A DNA stretch of 64,000 bases from assembly GCF_009914755.1 (NCBI RefSeq), contig NC_060933.1. One strand, written 5' to 3'. This document shows positions 26,231 to 55,924 of the stretch, in pieces (position 1 is the stretch's first letter; each line of letters begins with the position of its first letter). Under the pieces are notes generated by a model. The model was not told the DNA's origin. It saw nothing but the letters and a program-made list of their open reading frames with translations, and made no database searches. The stretch is from the human T2T-CHM13v2.0 reference genome, Homo sapiens. The position numbers and the translations under genes were made by a program.

Positions 26231-26564
26231 TCACGAGGTCAGGAGATTGAGACCATCCTGGCTAACACGGTGAAACTCAGTCTCTACTAAAATAAAAAAA
26301 AAATTAGCTGGGTATGGTGGCAGGAGCCTGTAGTCCCAGCTACTCGGGAGGCTGAGGCAGGAGAATGATGTGAACCTGGGAGGCGGAGCTTGCCGGGAGC
26401 CAAGATGGCGCCACTGCACTGCAGCCTGGGTGAGAGCGAGACTCCGTCTCAAAAAAACTAAAAAAAATAAAAAATAAATAGAGAGGGATTTTTTTTAAAG
26501 TAGCTTTGTGTTTTGTGGCTATTGCATCTGGAAGATAAAAATTGATGTAAAGTGTTATACACTT

Positions 26565-28610
<2,046 letters not shown>

Positions 28611-29254
28611 AAAGTGTTATACACTTGTAATTTTATGAATGCTATGGGAACCATCCCAATCAGGGACAGCTGCAAAGAAAAAGTGTTAGTGGGATACATA
28701 AATAATTGCTTCTTGCCATCGGTGGGTGGGTTCGTATTTAAATTCTCTGAGTATTAAAAACCAAGTATTCTTGGCTGGATGCGGTGGCTCACGCTTGTAA
28801 TCCCAGCACTTTGGGAGGCCAAGGCGGGTGGATCACGAGGTCAGGAGTTTGAGACCAGCCTGGCCAACATGGTGAAACTCTGTCTTTACTAAAAATACAA
28901 AAATTAGCTGGGCACAGTGGAACGCGCCTGAAATCCCCACTACTCAGGAGGCTGAGGCAGGAGAATTGCTTAAACTCAGGAGGCAGAGGTTTCAGTGAGC
29001 TGAGATCACGCCACTGCACTCCAGCCCGGGCAAGCAAGACTCCTACTCTGAAAAAACAAACAAACAAAAAACGAAGTATTCTTGGCCGGGCTCAGTGGCT
29101 CATGCCTGTAATACCAGCACTTTGGGAGGCAGAGGCGGGCGGATCACGAGGTCAGGAGTTCGAGACCAGCCTGACCAACATGGGGAAACCCCATCTCTAC
29201 TAAAAATTACAAAAATTAGCCAGGGATGGTGGCGCATGCCTATAATCCCAGCTA

Positions 29255-29396
<142 letters not shown>

Positions 29397-29726
29397 TCAT
29401 TAATGTGTGGCCAGAAAAAAATTGTATGAAAAAAAGGAAGAAGGCTGGGCGCGGTGGTTCACGCCTGTAATCCCAGTACTTTGGGAGGTCGAGGTGGATG
29501 GATCACGAGGTCAGGAGTTCAAGATCAGCCTGGCCAAGATGGTGAAACCCCACCTCTACTAAAAATACAAAAAATTAGCCAGGTGAGGTGGTGGGTGTCT
29601 GTAATCCCAGCTACTCGGGAGGCTGAGGCAGAGAATTGCTTGAACCCGGGAAGCAGAGGTTGCAGTGAGCCAAGATCACGCCACTGCACTCCAGCCTGGG
29701 CGACAGAGCGAAGCTCTGTCTCCAAA

Positions 29727-29757
<31 letters not shown>

Positions 29758-29897
29758 GAAACAAATGGAAGAAACAGGGCCAGACGTTGTGGCTTATGCC
29801 TGCAATCCCAGTACTTTGGGAGGCTGAGGCAGGTGGAATGCTTGAGTACAGGAGTTCAAGACCAGCCTGGGCAAATGGTGAAACCCTATCCCTACTA

Positions 29898-30059
<162 letters not shown>

Positions 30060-30294
30060 TCAAAAACAAAAAAAACAAATCTCCATAACTGATTATTTTT
30101 GCTGTATGTCTTGCCTATTGGAGCCTCTGGAAAAAAGGAAATAACATTAAAAAGGAGGTACTCTCCATATGGAAATATACTTTTAGAGTTTTAAAAAACT
30201 GATTTTAGTTGCTAATGAGCTCTTGTAAAATCAGATGTCTGACCCATAAAAGCTAATGATTTCCAGCCAGATGTGCATATTTCTGAGTGGGTCA

Positions 30295-30786
<492 letters not shown>

Positions 30787-30800
30787 TTATAGTATGGGCT

Positions 30801-33665
<2,865 letters not shown>

Positions 33666-34118
33666 TTGCCTATTAGCTAGCTAAGACAAACCAAATTTGA
33701 CAAAGTTGCTCTGCTTAAAAAACAAAACTCAGGCTCTGGGACAGTTGCAGATTTGACTCGAAAGACAAAGCTGTGAAAACATCATGGATGCTGGCTGGAC
33801 CAGCTGGGTCACAATTGCCTACAGAAAGGGGCTTATTTCTGATGGGACCATCTGAAATTGATCTGCTCATTGGCTCTTTGTTTCTGTTACAGAGACTGTT
33901 TGCATTTCTAAGTAGTGATTCCTGCTAAAGCTGCACACTGTGGGAGGGCACATCTCAGCAAGTGTGACCCTTCCACCCAGTACTGAGAGATCAGACTCTG
34001 GACCCTGTCTCAGGGCCATCTTACTGCTGCTAACTTCTTGCGTTTGGCTTTTGGTATTAGATGCAGTTTGCAACAGTGAACTGATACCTTGACTCTACTT
34101 CCTTTCTCCTGGTATACA

Positions 34119-34667
34119 TGTTACAGGAAAGGGGTCCCGATCCAGACCCCAAGAGAGGGTTGTTGGATCTCGCGCAAGAAAGAGTTCAGGGAGAGTCCGT
34201 AGTGTAAAGAGAAAGCAAGTTTGTTAAGAAAGTAAAGGAATAAAAGAATGGCTATTCCATAGACAGAGCAGCCCCAAGGGCTGCTGGTTGTCTATTTTTA
34301 TGGTTGTTTTTTGATGATATGCTAAACAAGGGGTGTATTATTCATGCCTCCCCTTTTTAGACCATATAGGTTAACTTCCTGATGTTGCCATAGCTTTTGT
34401 AAACTGTCATGGCGCTGCTGAGAGTGTAGCAGTGAGGACAACCAGAGGTCACGCTCACATCTTGGTTTTGGTGGGTTTTAGCCGGCGTCTTTACTGCAGC
34501 CTGTTTTATCAGCAAGGTCTTTATGAGCTATATCTTGTGCTGACCTCCTATGTCATCCTGTGACTTAGAATGCGTTAACCGTCTGAGAATGCAGCCCAGT
34601 GGGTCTCAGCCTTATTTTACCAGCCCCTATTCAAGATGGAGTTGGTCTGGTTCAAATGCCTCTGACA
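34119..34667 (-). mobile_element. MER41A-like solo LTR
   Basis: Minus strand starts TGTCAGAGGCATTTGAACCAGA and ends TTTCCTGTAACA. About 550 bp long. Confidence 0.8.
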
Positions 34668-34741
34668 CACACAACTTAACAAGGCACCTTAATTTAGTGA
34701 TTAAATGCAGCTGTCCCCAGAAAGAGATTGATCTTTTCTAG

Positions 34742-34990
<249 letters not shown>

Positions 34991-35046
34991 TAGTAGAGAC
35001 AGGGTTTCTCCATGTTGGCCAGGCTGGTCTCGAACTCCTGATCTCA

Positions 35047-35680
<634 letters not shown>

Positions 35681-35913
35681 CATCCCATCAAACTGCTTAG
35701 TGTGAAATTGGCTCTGCAGAAACAGAGCTGCCATCACCCATGTTGCATTATCACCTGACCTCTTTTGTTTTGGTGTTGTCTGGTAGGAAAATGGACACAG
35801 GGCGCTGGCATCTTTGCCAATCTTAGTATTGCTATCAGTATTAAACTGCCTGAATCTAAAAAGGGCTTGTTGTTTCTTTACCAATTAAATCTCTCAGCTT
35901 TGCTTGACAGCAG

Positions 35914-37140
35914 TGATATGCTTTGGCTGTGTCCCCACCCAAATCTCATCTTGAATTGTAACTCCCATAATTCCCACATATCATGGGAGGAACCTGGTGG
36001 GAGGTGATTGAATTATGGGTCAGGGCTTTCCTGCACTGTTCTCCTGATAGTGAATGAGTCTCATGAGGTCTGACGGTTTTAAAAACCAGAGTTTCCCTGC
36101 ACAAGCCCTCTCTTTTTTGCATGCTGCCATCCATGTGAGACGTGCCTTGCTCCTCCTTGCCTTCTGCCAAGACTGTGAGGCCTCCTCACCCATGTGGAAC
36201 TGTAAGTTCATTAAACCTCTTTTTCTTCCCAGTGTCAGGTATGTCTTTATCAGCAGCGTGAAAATGGACTCATACATTAAATTGGTACTAGTAGAGCAGG
36301 GCACTGCTGTAGATACCCAAAAATGTGGAAGCTACTTTGGAACTGGGTAACAGGCAGAGATTGGAACAGTTTGGAGGGCTCAGAAGAAGACAGGAAAATG
36401 TGGGAAAGTTTGGCACTCCCTAGAGACTTGTTGAATGGCTTTGACCAAAATGCTGATAGTATTATGGACAATAAAGTCCAGGCTGAGGTGGTCTCAGATG
36501 GAAACGCGGAACTTGCTGGGAACTGGAGCAAAGGTGACTCTTGTTATGTTTTAGCAAGGAGACTGGCAGCATTTTACCCCTGCCCTAGAGATTTGTGGAA
36601 CTTTGAATTTGACAGAGATGACTTAGGGTATCTGGTGGAAGAAATTTCCTAGCATCAAAGCATTCGCGTGGTGACTTGGGTGCTGTTAAAGGCATTCAGG
36701 TTTATAAAGGAAGCAGAGCATAAAAGACTGGAAAATTGCAACCTGACAATGCAACAGAAAAGAAAATCTCATTTTCTGAGGAGAAACTCAATCCAGATGC
36801 AGAAATTTGCATAAGTAATGAGGAGCTGAATGTTAATCCCCAAGACAATGGGGAAAATGTCTTCAGGGAATGTCAGAGGTATTCATGGCAGCCCCTCCCA
36901 TCACAGGTCCAGAGGCCTAGGAGGAAAAAGTGGTTCTGTGGGCTGGGCCCAGAGTTCCTGTGCTGTGTGCAGTCTAGGGACTTGTTGCCCTGCATCCCAG
37001 ACACTCCAGCCATGACTAAAAGGGGCCAAGGTACAGCTCAGGCTGTTCCTTCAGAGGGTGGAAGCTCTAAGAGTTGGCAGCGTCCATGTGGTGTTGAGCC
37101 TATGGGTGCACAGAAGTCAAGAATTGAGGTTTGGGAACCT
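35914..37140 (+). mobile_element. THE1 (C/D-type) LTR (35914-36276) plus truncated THE1-int
   Basis: TGATATGCTTTGGCTGTGTCCCCACCCAAATCTCATCTTGAATTG...ATACA, followed by THE1-int sequence (WNWVTGRDWNSLEGSEEDRKMWE). Confidence 0.88.
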
Positions 37141-38370
<1,230 letters not shown>

Positions 38371-38654
38371 CTGGGCTGGGCAAGGTGGCTCACACTTGTA
38401 ATCCCAGCACTTTGGGAGGCCGAAGCAGGTGGATCACCTGAGTTCAGGAGTTCGGAGCCTGGCTAACGTGGCAAAACCCCATCTCTACTAAAAATACCAA
38501 CAATTTGCTGGGCATGGTGGCAGGTGCCTGTAATTCTAGCTACTCAGGAGGCTGGGGCATGAGAATCACTTGAACCCGGGAGGCAGAGGTTGCAGTGAGG
38601 GAGATCACACCATTGCACTCCAGCCTGGGCAACAAGACCAAAACTCCCTCTCAA

Positions 38655-38716
38655 AAACTAAACTAAACTAAACTAAACTAAACTAAACTAAACTAAACTA
38701 AACTAAACTAAACTAA
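38655..38716 (+). repeat. (AAACT)n pentanucleotide microsatellite derived from an Alu tail
   Basis: About 12 perfect units visible directly. Confidence 0.95.
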
Positions 38717-38863
38717 AAAACAGATGCTGGCCGGGCCTGGTGGCTCACACCTGTAATCCCAGCACTTTGGGAGGCCGAGGCAGATGGATCAGCTGAGGTC
38801 AGGAGTTTGAGACTGGCCTGACCAACATGGAGAAACCCCGTCTCTACTAAAAATACAAAATTA

Positions 38864-39145
<282 letters not shown>

Positions 39146-39601
39146 TTACTTATTTCAAGACAGAGTCTCGCTCTGTCACCCAGGCTGGAGTGCAGTGGCA
39201 TGATCTTGGTTCAAGCAATTCTCCTGCTTCAGCCTCTTGGGTAGCTAGGATTACAGGGGCATGCCACCACGCCCAACTAATTTTTCTTTTCTTTTCTTTT
39301 CATTTTTTTTTTTTGAGAGACAGGGTTTCACCGTGATGGCCAGGCTGGTCTTGAACTCCTGACCTCAGGTGATCCACCAAAGTGCTGGGATTACAGGCAT
39401 GAGCTATCACGCCTGGCCTCCCAGCTAATTTCTATATTTTTTGTAGAGATGGGGTTTCCCCATGTTTGCCCTGGCTGGTCTCGAAATCCTGGGCTCAATT
39501 TATTCTCCCACCTCAGCCTCCCACCTGAGCCTCCCAAAGTGCTGGGATTACGGGCATGAGCCTCCACATCCGGATTTTTTCCTTTGCAGATCTATATGTA
39601 G

Positions 39602-39901
<300 letters not shown>

Positions 39902-40726
39902 TAGCCATTTTTTTCCTAATTAATTTGTGACCCAGAAAATCCTGTTTAAAATCTGCCATCTAGTGTGGGATTTGTAAAATGACAAATCACTGGACACAAT
40001 CATGTGTTTACACTAAGGCTTCCCTCCTGGACACCAGGTTTAAAACTTCTCAGCATCAAATAACATTATCCAGTAAAGTAGCATTAAATGTGGTTACCCA
40101 TTTGGTTTTACTCACAGTTTTAGATAGCTAGATAGATAGATATGAGTATATTGATATGCAGGGTAGATTTTTTTTTTTTTTTTTGCAAGTTAGAGCTTTT
40201 GATCAGCAGGATATGGTAGTATTAGAAACCTTTAAATAGCCCAGTAAGCTGGAAGGAATGTGGCTCACAATTGTAATCCCAGCACTTTGGGAGACCAAGG
40301 AGGAAGGATTGCTAGGAGTTCGAGACTGCCCTGGGCAACATAGCATGACCCCCATCTCTAAAATAAATAAAAATGAATAAATAGCAAAGTAAAAGCTATC
40401 TCATAATTAATTTTTATTATTTATTTTTATTTATTTATTTTTGAGACGGAGTCTCACTCTGTTGCCAGGCTGGAGTGCAGTGGTGTGATCTTGGCTCACT
40501 GAAACTTCTGCCTCGTGGGTTCAAGTGATTCTCCTGCCTCAGTCTCCCAAGCAGCTGGGACTACAGGCGCGCGCCACCACACTCAGCTAATTTTTGTATT
40601 TTTAGTAGAGATGGGATTTCACCATTTTGGCCAGGATGGCCTCGATCTCTTGACCTCAGGTGATCTGCCTGCCTTGGCCTCCCAAAGTGCTGGAATTACA
40701 GGTGTGCGACACCACACCCAGCCTAA

Positions 40727-40942
<216 letters not shown>

Positions 40943-41104
40943 TAGCCAGGATGGTCTTGATCTCCTGACCTTGTGATCCGCCCACCTCGGCCTCCCAAAG
41001 TGCTGGGATTACAGGCGTGAGCCACTGCGCCTGGCCTTTCACCCGGCCTAATTTTTATTTATTTATCCTTGAGATGAAGTCTTGCTCTGTTGCCCAGGAT
41101 CTAG

Positions 41105-41359
<255 letters not shown>

Positions 41360-41362
41360 TAA

Positions 41363-41596
<234 letters not shown>

Positions 41597-42244
41597 TGAT
41601 CCGTCTACCTTAATTTTTGTTTTCAACTATGAAATATATTTTTAAAAATTCAGGCCAGGCACAGTGGCTCACACCTGTAATCCCAGCATTTTGGGAGGCT
41701 GAGGCGAGTAGATCATGAGGTCAGGAGAATGGGAGCATCCTGGCCAACATGGTGAAAAGCCATCTCTACTAAAAATACAAAAATTAGCCAAGGTGGTGGT
41801 GCGTGCGTGTAGTCCCAGCTACTCAGGAGGCTGAGGCAGCAGAATCGCTTGAACTAGGGAGGCGGAGGTTGCAGTGGGCAGAGATTGCGACACTGCACTC
41901 CAGCCTGGGCAACAGAGCGAGACTCTATCTCAAAAAACAAAAAACAAAAACAAAAACTCAAGAGGAAAAGAATATTCTATTTACCCGGGTACATGCTATT
42001 TACTTGACTATTTAGCCTTTTTATTGTTCTTCATTCATTTCTTATGTTCCTAGCTTCCTTCTGATATAATTTCTCTTATATCTGAACTTATGGCAATTTA
42101 TTCAGAGGAGTTTTGTTTGCAACACATTCTCTTAGTTTCCTTGTATCTAAGCATGTCTTTATTTCATCTTTATTCCTGAAGAATATTTTCATTGAATTTT
42201 GAGGTGGCAGCTCTTTTTTTTTTTTTTTTTTTGTCTTTTGGTGA

Positions 42245-42755
<511 letters not shown>

Positions 42756-42930
42756 TAGTCAGGCTGGTCTCGAACTCCTGACCTCGTCATCCGCCCGCCT
42801 TGGCCCCCCAGAGTGCTGGAATGCAGTGGGCAATACATTATCTTTCCCTGGCTATTTTCAAGATTTTCTTTGTCTATATTTTCAAAGTTTGATTGCAATC
42901 TATCTCAATTTGGATTCATTTGGATCTGTC

Positions 42931-42998
42931 TTTTTTATTCATTTATTTATTTTATTATCAAGCAGCCCCCTGAAACAGAGTTAGTTCAGAGAGACTCT
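42931..42998 (-). mobile_element. Second MER57 micro-retrocopy, inside an old L1M-like sequence
   Basis: T-rich tail followed by ATCAAGCAGCCCCCTGAAACAGAGTTAGTTCAGAGAGACTCT. Same boundary as the 24.9 kb copy. TSD degraded. Confidence 0.55.
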
Positions 42999-43301
42999 CT
43001 GGGTTTTTTCTGTTAAGGTTCTGCTGGCCTTCGTGAGTATCAGTTATTGTCTTTTGCCAAAATTTAGAAAATTTTTAGCCATTGTTTCTTCAACTTTTTT
43101 TTTTTTTTGTACTGCACTTTTTCTCCTTTCCTTCTGGAACTCTGATGTCATGAATATCAGCCCTTTGGTATTGTTCACAGATTCCTCAGGCTCCTTTATT
43201 TTGGTGGGGTGGGGAATTTTTTTTTTTTTTAGAAGGAGTCTCACTCAATTGAGTAGGCTGGAGGGCAGTGGGGCGATCTAAGAATCGCTTGAACCCCGGG
43301 G

Positions 43302-43434
43302 CCTTTGACTCTAAGGCCCTCCTTGAGGCTCCCTCTCCTTCCTTGGGGAGTTTGACGCAGAAAATGGGGTCAAAAACTGCTGCCGCAAACATCTTCAGTG
43401 TCAGTAGCCAAGGTCTGGGGAGACCCATGGGGTC
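43302..43434 (+). repeat. Inverted diverged copy of 45567-45685
   Basis: About 90% identity by eye plus a 15-16 bp indel. Both copies translate [14 protein letters not shown]. Confidence 0.9.
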
Positions 43435-43437
43435 TCA

Positions 43438-43617
<180 letters not shown>

Positions 43618-43991
43618 TTAAGAGACATCCTTGTAGAAAAAAATGGTGCTGACAAAGGATTACTAATATGAAAATAATAAGGGATGAAACAGACTAAACA
43701 ATACAGCTGCTAGGTAATCAATCAATCCTCTTGTCTTAAGTAGAGCTAATGAAATTAGGTCGACTGAAATGGTTTTGTCAGTGGTGGGGGCTTTACCCCT
43801 TCAACGACATCACTGAGGCACTTCGTTCAAGCAAAATTACATCTACCTTGCACATAACTATAACCAGCACCCCGCACAATTCAGGGCACACGGGAGGTAT
43901 GAGGCACATTTTCATTTACTGAGTTAATGAGCAACAAGGATTATCAAGAGTGTGCATCTTTAGTCTCACAGTTATCTTATGTTGTTGTTAA

Positions 43992-44425
<434 letters not shown>

Positions 44426-44898
44426 TGACTCACTAATGTGAAATCCTCTCCAATTTTTTTTTTTTTTGAAATAAGGTCTCGCTATGCTACCCAGGCTGGT
44501 CTCAAACTCCTGGGCTCAAACAATCCTCCCACCTTGGCCTCCCAAATTATTGGGATTACAGGTGTGAGACACCATATCCGGCCCCTCTCCAGTTCTATGT
44601 AAAAAATCAGCTTCATCCAGATAACAACACTTTGTTACCTCTAAGGGGTGGGGTGGGTGGGGAGGCAGACTGACTTCTGGAGCCTCAATAGCAACAGCGT
44701 TTGGAAAAAAATTATTTCCAAACATAGGAGAACTCAGGATCTAATTCACATGTGATCTCCTTAAAAAACTAGTAACAGCTGCCGGGCACAGTGGCTCATG
44801 CCTGTAATCCCAGCACTTTGGGAGGCTGAGACGGGCAGATCACGAGGTTAAGAGATTGAGACCATCCTGGCTAACATGGTGAAACCGCATCTCTACTA

Positions 44899-45080
<182 letters not shown>

Positions 45081-45750
45081 CTAGTAACAGCTTAATTTTT
45101 AAAAATATTTATAATAGAGACAGGGTCTACTATGTTGGTCAGATTGGTCTTGAATTCCTGGCCTCAAGCAATCCTCCTTCTTGGCCTCCCAATGTACTAG
45201 GATTACAGGCATGAGCTGCCACCCTCAGCCAACAGCTTAATTTCTGCCAGGTAAGGCTGTCTTTATTGTCCTTGTTGGAGGTTTGGGCACACAGACTCCA
45301 GGAGTGGTGTGCTCCAGGGTTGTGGGGAAGCAGAAGAGTCCTTGGGATGCTGAGAGGGAGAAGGACTGCAGAAGGCACCAGGGCAAGGTGGGGGGTGGGG
45401 AGGGCAGGGGATACCTGGGGCACTGAGAGAGCTAGGTGGGGCTAATACCCTGCAGAAACATGCCTCCAGCAGATATATGGGATGGAGGTGCACGGCCAGC
45501 CCTCTTCCTCCTCCTATTCCTCCTCCTCCACCTCCTGGTCCCTCTCCTTCCCTGCCCTTTCACCTTTGACCCAATAGGTCTCCCCAGACCTTGGGTGGTG
45601 GCACTGGAGATGTTTGCAGCAGCAGTTTTTGACCCCATTTTCTGGGTCAAACATCCCAAGGAAGGAGAGGCCTTAAAGTCAAAGGAGCATCTCAGGATTG
45701 AGAGTCAAGGAAAATTTGATCTTTGTTATGATAATGTTCCCTCCAATCTA

Positions 45751-48267
<2,517 letters not shown>

Positions 48268-48737
48268 CTCCAGAAAATCTTTGCCTGCACAACTTAGAGC
48301 AGGGCCTTTGCTGCTTGAGCAGCCCGCTCTGATCTAGAATTTAGAGGGAGTGCCCTGGAATGCCGTCCCTATCACTGCCTTACTGGCATTTGCCCTTTAG
48401 TCTGTGGAGGATTTCTTTCTAGGAAAGAACAGAGGCTGGGCGCTGTGGCTCACACCTGTAATCCCAGCACTTTGGGAGGCCAAGGCCGGTGGCTCACTTG
48501 AGCCCAGGAGTTCGAGAGCAGCCTGGGCAATATGGTGAAACCCTGCCTCCACTAAAACCACAAAAATTAGCTGAGTGTGGTGGCATGCGCCTATGAGGGA
48601 GGCTGAGGCAGGGGAATCACCTTAATCCGGGAGGCAGAGGTTGCAGTGAGCAGAGATCGCACCACTGCACTCCAGCCTGAGTAACAGAGCAAGACTTGGT
48701 CTCAAAAAAAAAAACAAACAAAAAACAACAACAATTA

Positions 48738-49036
<299 letters not shown>

Positions 49037-49054
49037 TCAGAAAAAAAAAAAAAA

Positions 49055-49543
<489 letters not shown>

Positions 49544-49568
49544 TTATTATTATTATTTTTATTTTTGA

Positions 49569-49727
<159 letters not shown>

Positions 49728-49995
49728 TAGTAGAAATGGGGTTTCGCCATATTTGCCAGGCTGGTTTCGAACCCCCGACCTCAGGTGATTCACTCACCTC
49801 AGCCTCCCAAAGTGCTGGGATTGCAGGCGTGAGCTACCAAGCCTGGCCAGGAATCCTTAAAAAGGTGTCAGGATATCAATAGAAGTTTCATGAGCTAATA
49901 ACTAATTTGAAGAGAACAGCCAACAAAATAGGACTACATGTATCTTTCTCATGATGGGGCTGGATAAAATCAGGTAACACTAATAAAGTCATCTA

Positions 49996-50217
<222 letters not shown>

Positions 50218-50307
50218 TTAAAAAAAGGTAACCTGGCTGGGCGCAGTGGCTCATGCCTGTAATCCCAGCACTTTGGGAGGCTGAGGTGGGAGGATCACCT
50301 TAGGTCA

Positions 50308-50514
<207 letters not shown>

Positions 50515-51274
50515 TCAAAAAAAAAAAAAAAAAAAAAAAAAAGAGTAACCTAAAGCCAGAGGAAAATGTACTTGCTGTGGTGTAGGCCAAGAAGAAAATG
50601 TAAGGCAATTTGTAGACAAGTTTAAGTTCATATTAAAATAATGAACAAGAATTTAGAAAATTTCTTAGAGGTAAGACAGCTCTTCATGGCCAGGCACGGT
50701 GGCTCATATCTGTAATCCCAGCACTTTGGGAGGCTGAGGTGGGCGGATCACGAAGTCAGGAGTTCGAGACCAGCCTGACCAATATGGTGGAACCCCATCT
50801 TTACTAAAAATACAAAAATTATCTGGGCATGGTGGCACGCACCTGTAGCCCCAGCTACTCAGGGGGCTACGGCAGGAGAATCGCTTGAACCTGGGAGGTG
50901 GAAGTTGCTGTGAGCCGAGATCGTGTCATTGCACTTCAGCCTGGGTGACAGATTGAGACTCTGTCTCAAAAAAAAAAAAAAAGCTCTTCACGAGGCAAAA
51001 GCACTTGAAGCGAAAGTGAAGCATAGCTTCTGTCTTATAGGAAGTTGAAATAGCCAAAACACCAAGTTCAGGAACAACTGAAAGCACATCATAGGTTTCC
51101 AAAAGGAGAGGAAAGAATCTCTTGATTATAAAAACGATGATGCTAAAGTTATGAATAATTCTCTTAAGTTTGACACTGAGGAGAAAAGTAATAGAAAAGA
51201 AATTGTATTATCTGGATTAGTCAATGAAGAGCCAGGGGCTCAACAAGGTCAGAAAGTGAAAGACAGAGAAGGCA

Positions 51275-52110
<836 letters not shown>

Positions 52111-52580
52111 CAACAGGGAATGGATATGACAAGGACCCAAACTATATTAACATTAGTTCAAGAAGAGAGAAGCCACTTACAACTTTAGCTGAGTGATGAG
52201 ATCTCAATTATGCATAATCAGAACACTTAAGGAAGATGGAACAGGATAGTTGTTCACAATAGTCAGCTCAAGGCCCCTAGAAAATGTATTATAAAGCTGC
52301 AGGCTGAAAATTGAGCTCATTGATCAGACAGAATACCTTCTGGAAGAATTTGAGTAGAAAAGAAAAATCAGAGCAATTAGGTAGGGAGAAAGGGAAATAT
52401 TAAAATCAGTGAATTTGATAAATTTGAGGTAAACTACAGAATGTGAAAATATCTTACAAGGCAACATTTTGTTCTGCAGAAGAAAGCCCATGACAATTAG
52501 GTTCTTGTTTGTGATACCAAAGGAGCTACTGCTGGAGAGATTAAGCAAGTCACATTCCTGAGTTAAAAATTAAGGAGGAT

Positions 52581-53079
<499 letters not shown>

Positions 53080-53914
53080 TTACAGGCATGCACCACCATG
53101 CCTGGCTAATTTTGTATTTTTAGTAGAGACGGAGTTTCACCATGTTGGTTAGGCTGATCTCAAACTCCTGACCTCAGGAGATCCGTCCACCTCGCCTTCC
53201 CTGGAATTACAGACGTAAGCCACCGCGCTCAGCCTAAAACCAGGGATTGTTAAAGCAACTTCCAAAAAGTTATATTGTGGTCTCTTTCCAACTAATATAT
53301 GAATTTCATTTATATATGCCAAGTGCTCTATTTCCTATTATAATCAGAGACTTTATAAAAATAGCAATAAAATATCTGTGTTCCTCAATGAAGATATCTT
53401 TTAAGTTCATGCCTGAGGTGGAGGAGCATTTTATCCCTCAGTGATGAAAGATGTCCTGTGATATTCCAGGCACTCTATGATCATTAATGGAAGAAGTGTG
53501 CTTGGACTGAAACCCATGCCTCACCCTAGTTCCAGGGGACCACTGAGGAGTCAGAAATAGCAGCTGCTTTTGATCTGAGCTCTGATGTAACTACAATACT
53601 AATCAGTATCTCAAGAAGTTCCTCTCCTTCTACCCCAATGGATGGTTTGGTTGACTCTGGCACAAATCCTAATCCTTATCAGGAATGGCCATGATAAGCT
53701 CACCTAGAGCAGAACTTCTACCTCTTCTTAGTCAGTTTGGACTGTCTTTCCAATGATAAGGATTTCATGGATCTAAAACTTTTCTTCCACCCTTATTTCT
53801 GAAAGTCTTCCAACTCAGGCCTAAGAGTAAGCACACCAGGCATTTACCTGAAATAATGGACTTGTTCCATGATTATTAAATCTATAAACACTGACTTCTA
53901 TCTTTTATCTATCA

Positions 53915-54320
53915 TGTCTTGGTCTATTTTGTGGTGCTATAATAGGATACCACAGACTGGGTAATTTATTTTTATTATTATTTTTAATTGAGATGGGGTC
54001 TCGCTATGTTGCCTAGGCTGGTGTTGAACTCCTGGGTTCAAGTGATCCTCCTGCCTCAGCCTCCCAGAGTGCTGGGATTACAGGCATGAGTCATCTCACC
54101 TGGCAGACTGGGTAATTTATAATGAACAGAAATTTATCGGCTCGCAGTTCTAGAAGCTAGAAAGTCCAGGACTGAGGGGCTGTATTAGGTGAGGGACTTT
54201 GTGCTGCATTATCCCATGGCAGAAGGACAAAGAACAAGAGAGAAGAGGATGAACCCATTCCTGCAGTTACGGCATTAATTCATTAATAAGGGCAGAGCCC
54301 TCATGGACTAATCATCTCTC
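53915..54320 (-). mobile_element. MST/MLT1A-type MaLR LTR with an Alu monomer insert
   Basis: TGTCTTGGTC...TGCTATAATAGGATACCACAGACTGGGTAATTTAT...CAGAAATTTAT..CAGTTCTAG. Confidence 0.6.
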
Positions 54321-54396
54321 ATTATTCCTGTATAAGTAACATACATATTTGATAAAGGTAAAGGTAAATAAAAACACTAAGTATTACTATCATTGA

Positions 54397-54612
<216 letters not shown>

Positions 54613-54764
54613 TAGCCAGGATGGTCTCGATCTCCTGACCTCAGGTGATCCGCCCGCCTCGGCCTCCCAAAGTGTTGGGATTATAGGCGTGAGCTACCGA
54701 GCCCAGCCTCATTCAATTCTGTATATTTGTTTTGTTTTCTTTTCTTTTTCTTTTTTTTTTCTGA

Positions 54765-54953
<189 letters not shown>

Positions 54954-55109
54954 TAGGCTGGTCTTGAACTCCTGACCTTAGGTGATATGCCCGCCTTGGC
55001 CTCCCAATGTGCTGAGATTAGAGGCATGAGCCACTGTGCCCAGCTCAATTATTTATATTTGTAAAAAGTGTAGTGTACTTCAACAGATTCAAAATTAGAC
55101 TATTATTTA

Positions 55110-55259
<150 letters not shown>

Positions 55260-55693
55260 TTAGCCAGGTGTGGTGGTGTGCGCTTGTAGTCCCAGCTACA
55301 TGGGAGGCTGAGGTGGGAGGACTGCATGATCCTAGAAGTGGAGGCTGTATTGAGCCGTGATAGTGCCACTGCACTCCAGTCTGGGCAACAGAGTGAAGAT
55401 CCTGTCTCAAAGTAAAAAAAAAAAAAAAAAAAAAAAGCAGCATATAAATTTGCTGCATTATATATATTTTAAGAAACTTACAAGTATTGGCCAGGCATGG
55501 TGGCTCACGTCTGTAATCTCAGCACTTTTGGAGGCGGAGGCCAGCAGATCACTTGAGCTCAGGAGTTTGAGACCCGCCTGGCCAATGTGGCGAAACCCTG
55601 TCTACAAAAAATACAAAAATTAGGCCGGGCATGGTGGCTCACGCTTGTAATCCCAGCACTTTGGGAGGCCAAGGTGAGTGGATCACAAGGTCA

Positions 55694-55924
<231 letters not shown>

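Noticed and set aside
34119-34667. MER41 LTR as an interferon-inducible STAT1 enhancer
   Set aside because: Length fits MER41A, and I did not see the tandem GAS motifs that characterise MER41B.
45432-45659. Arg-rich, protamine-like ORF (RRWRRRNRRRKR)
   Set aside because: Alternative reading of a (GGA)n low-complexity tract. No resemblance to PRM or TNP proteins otherwise.
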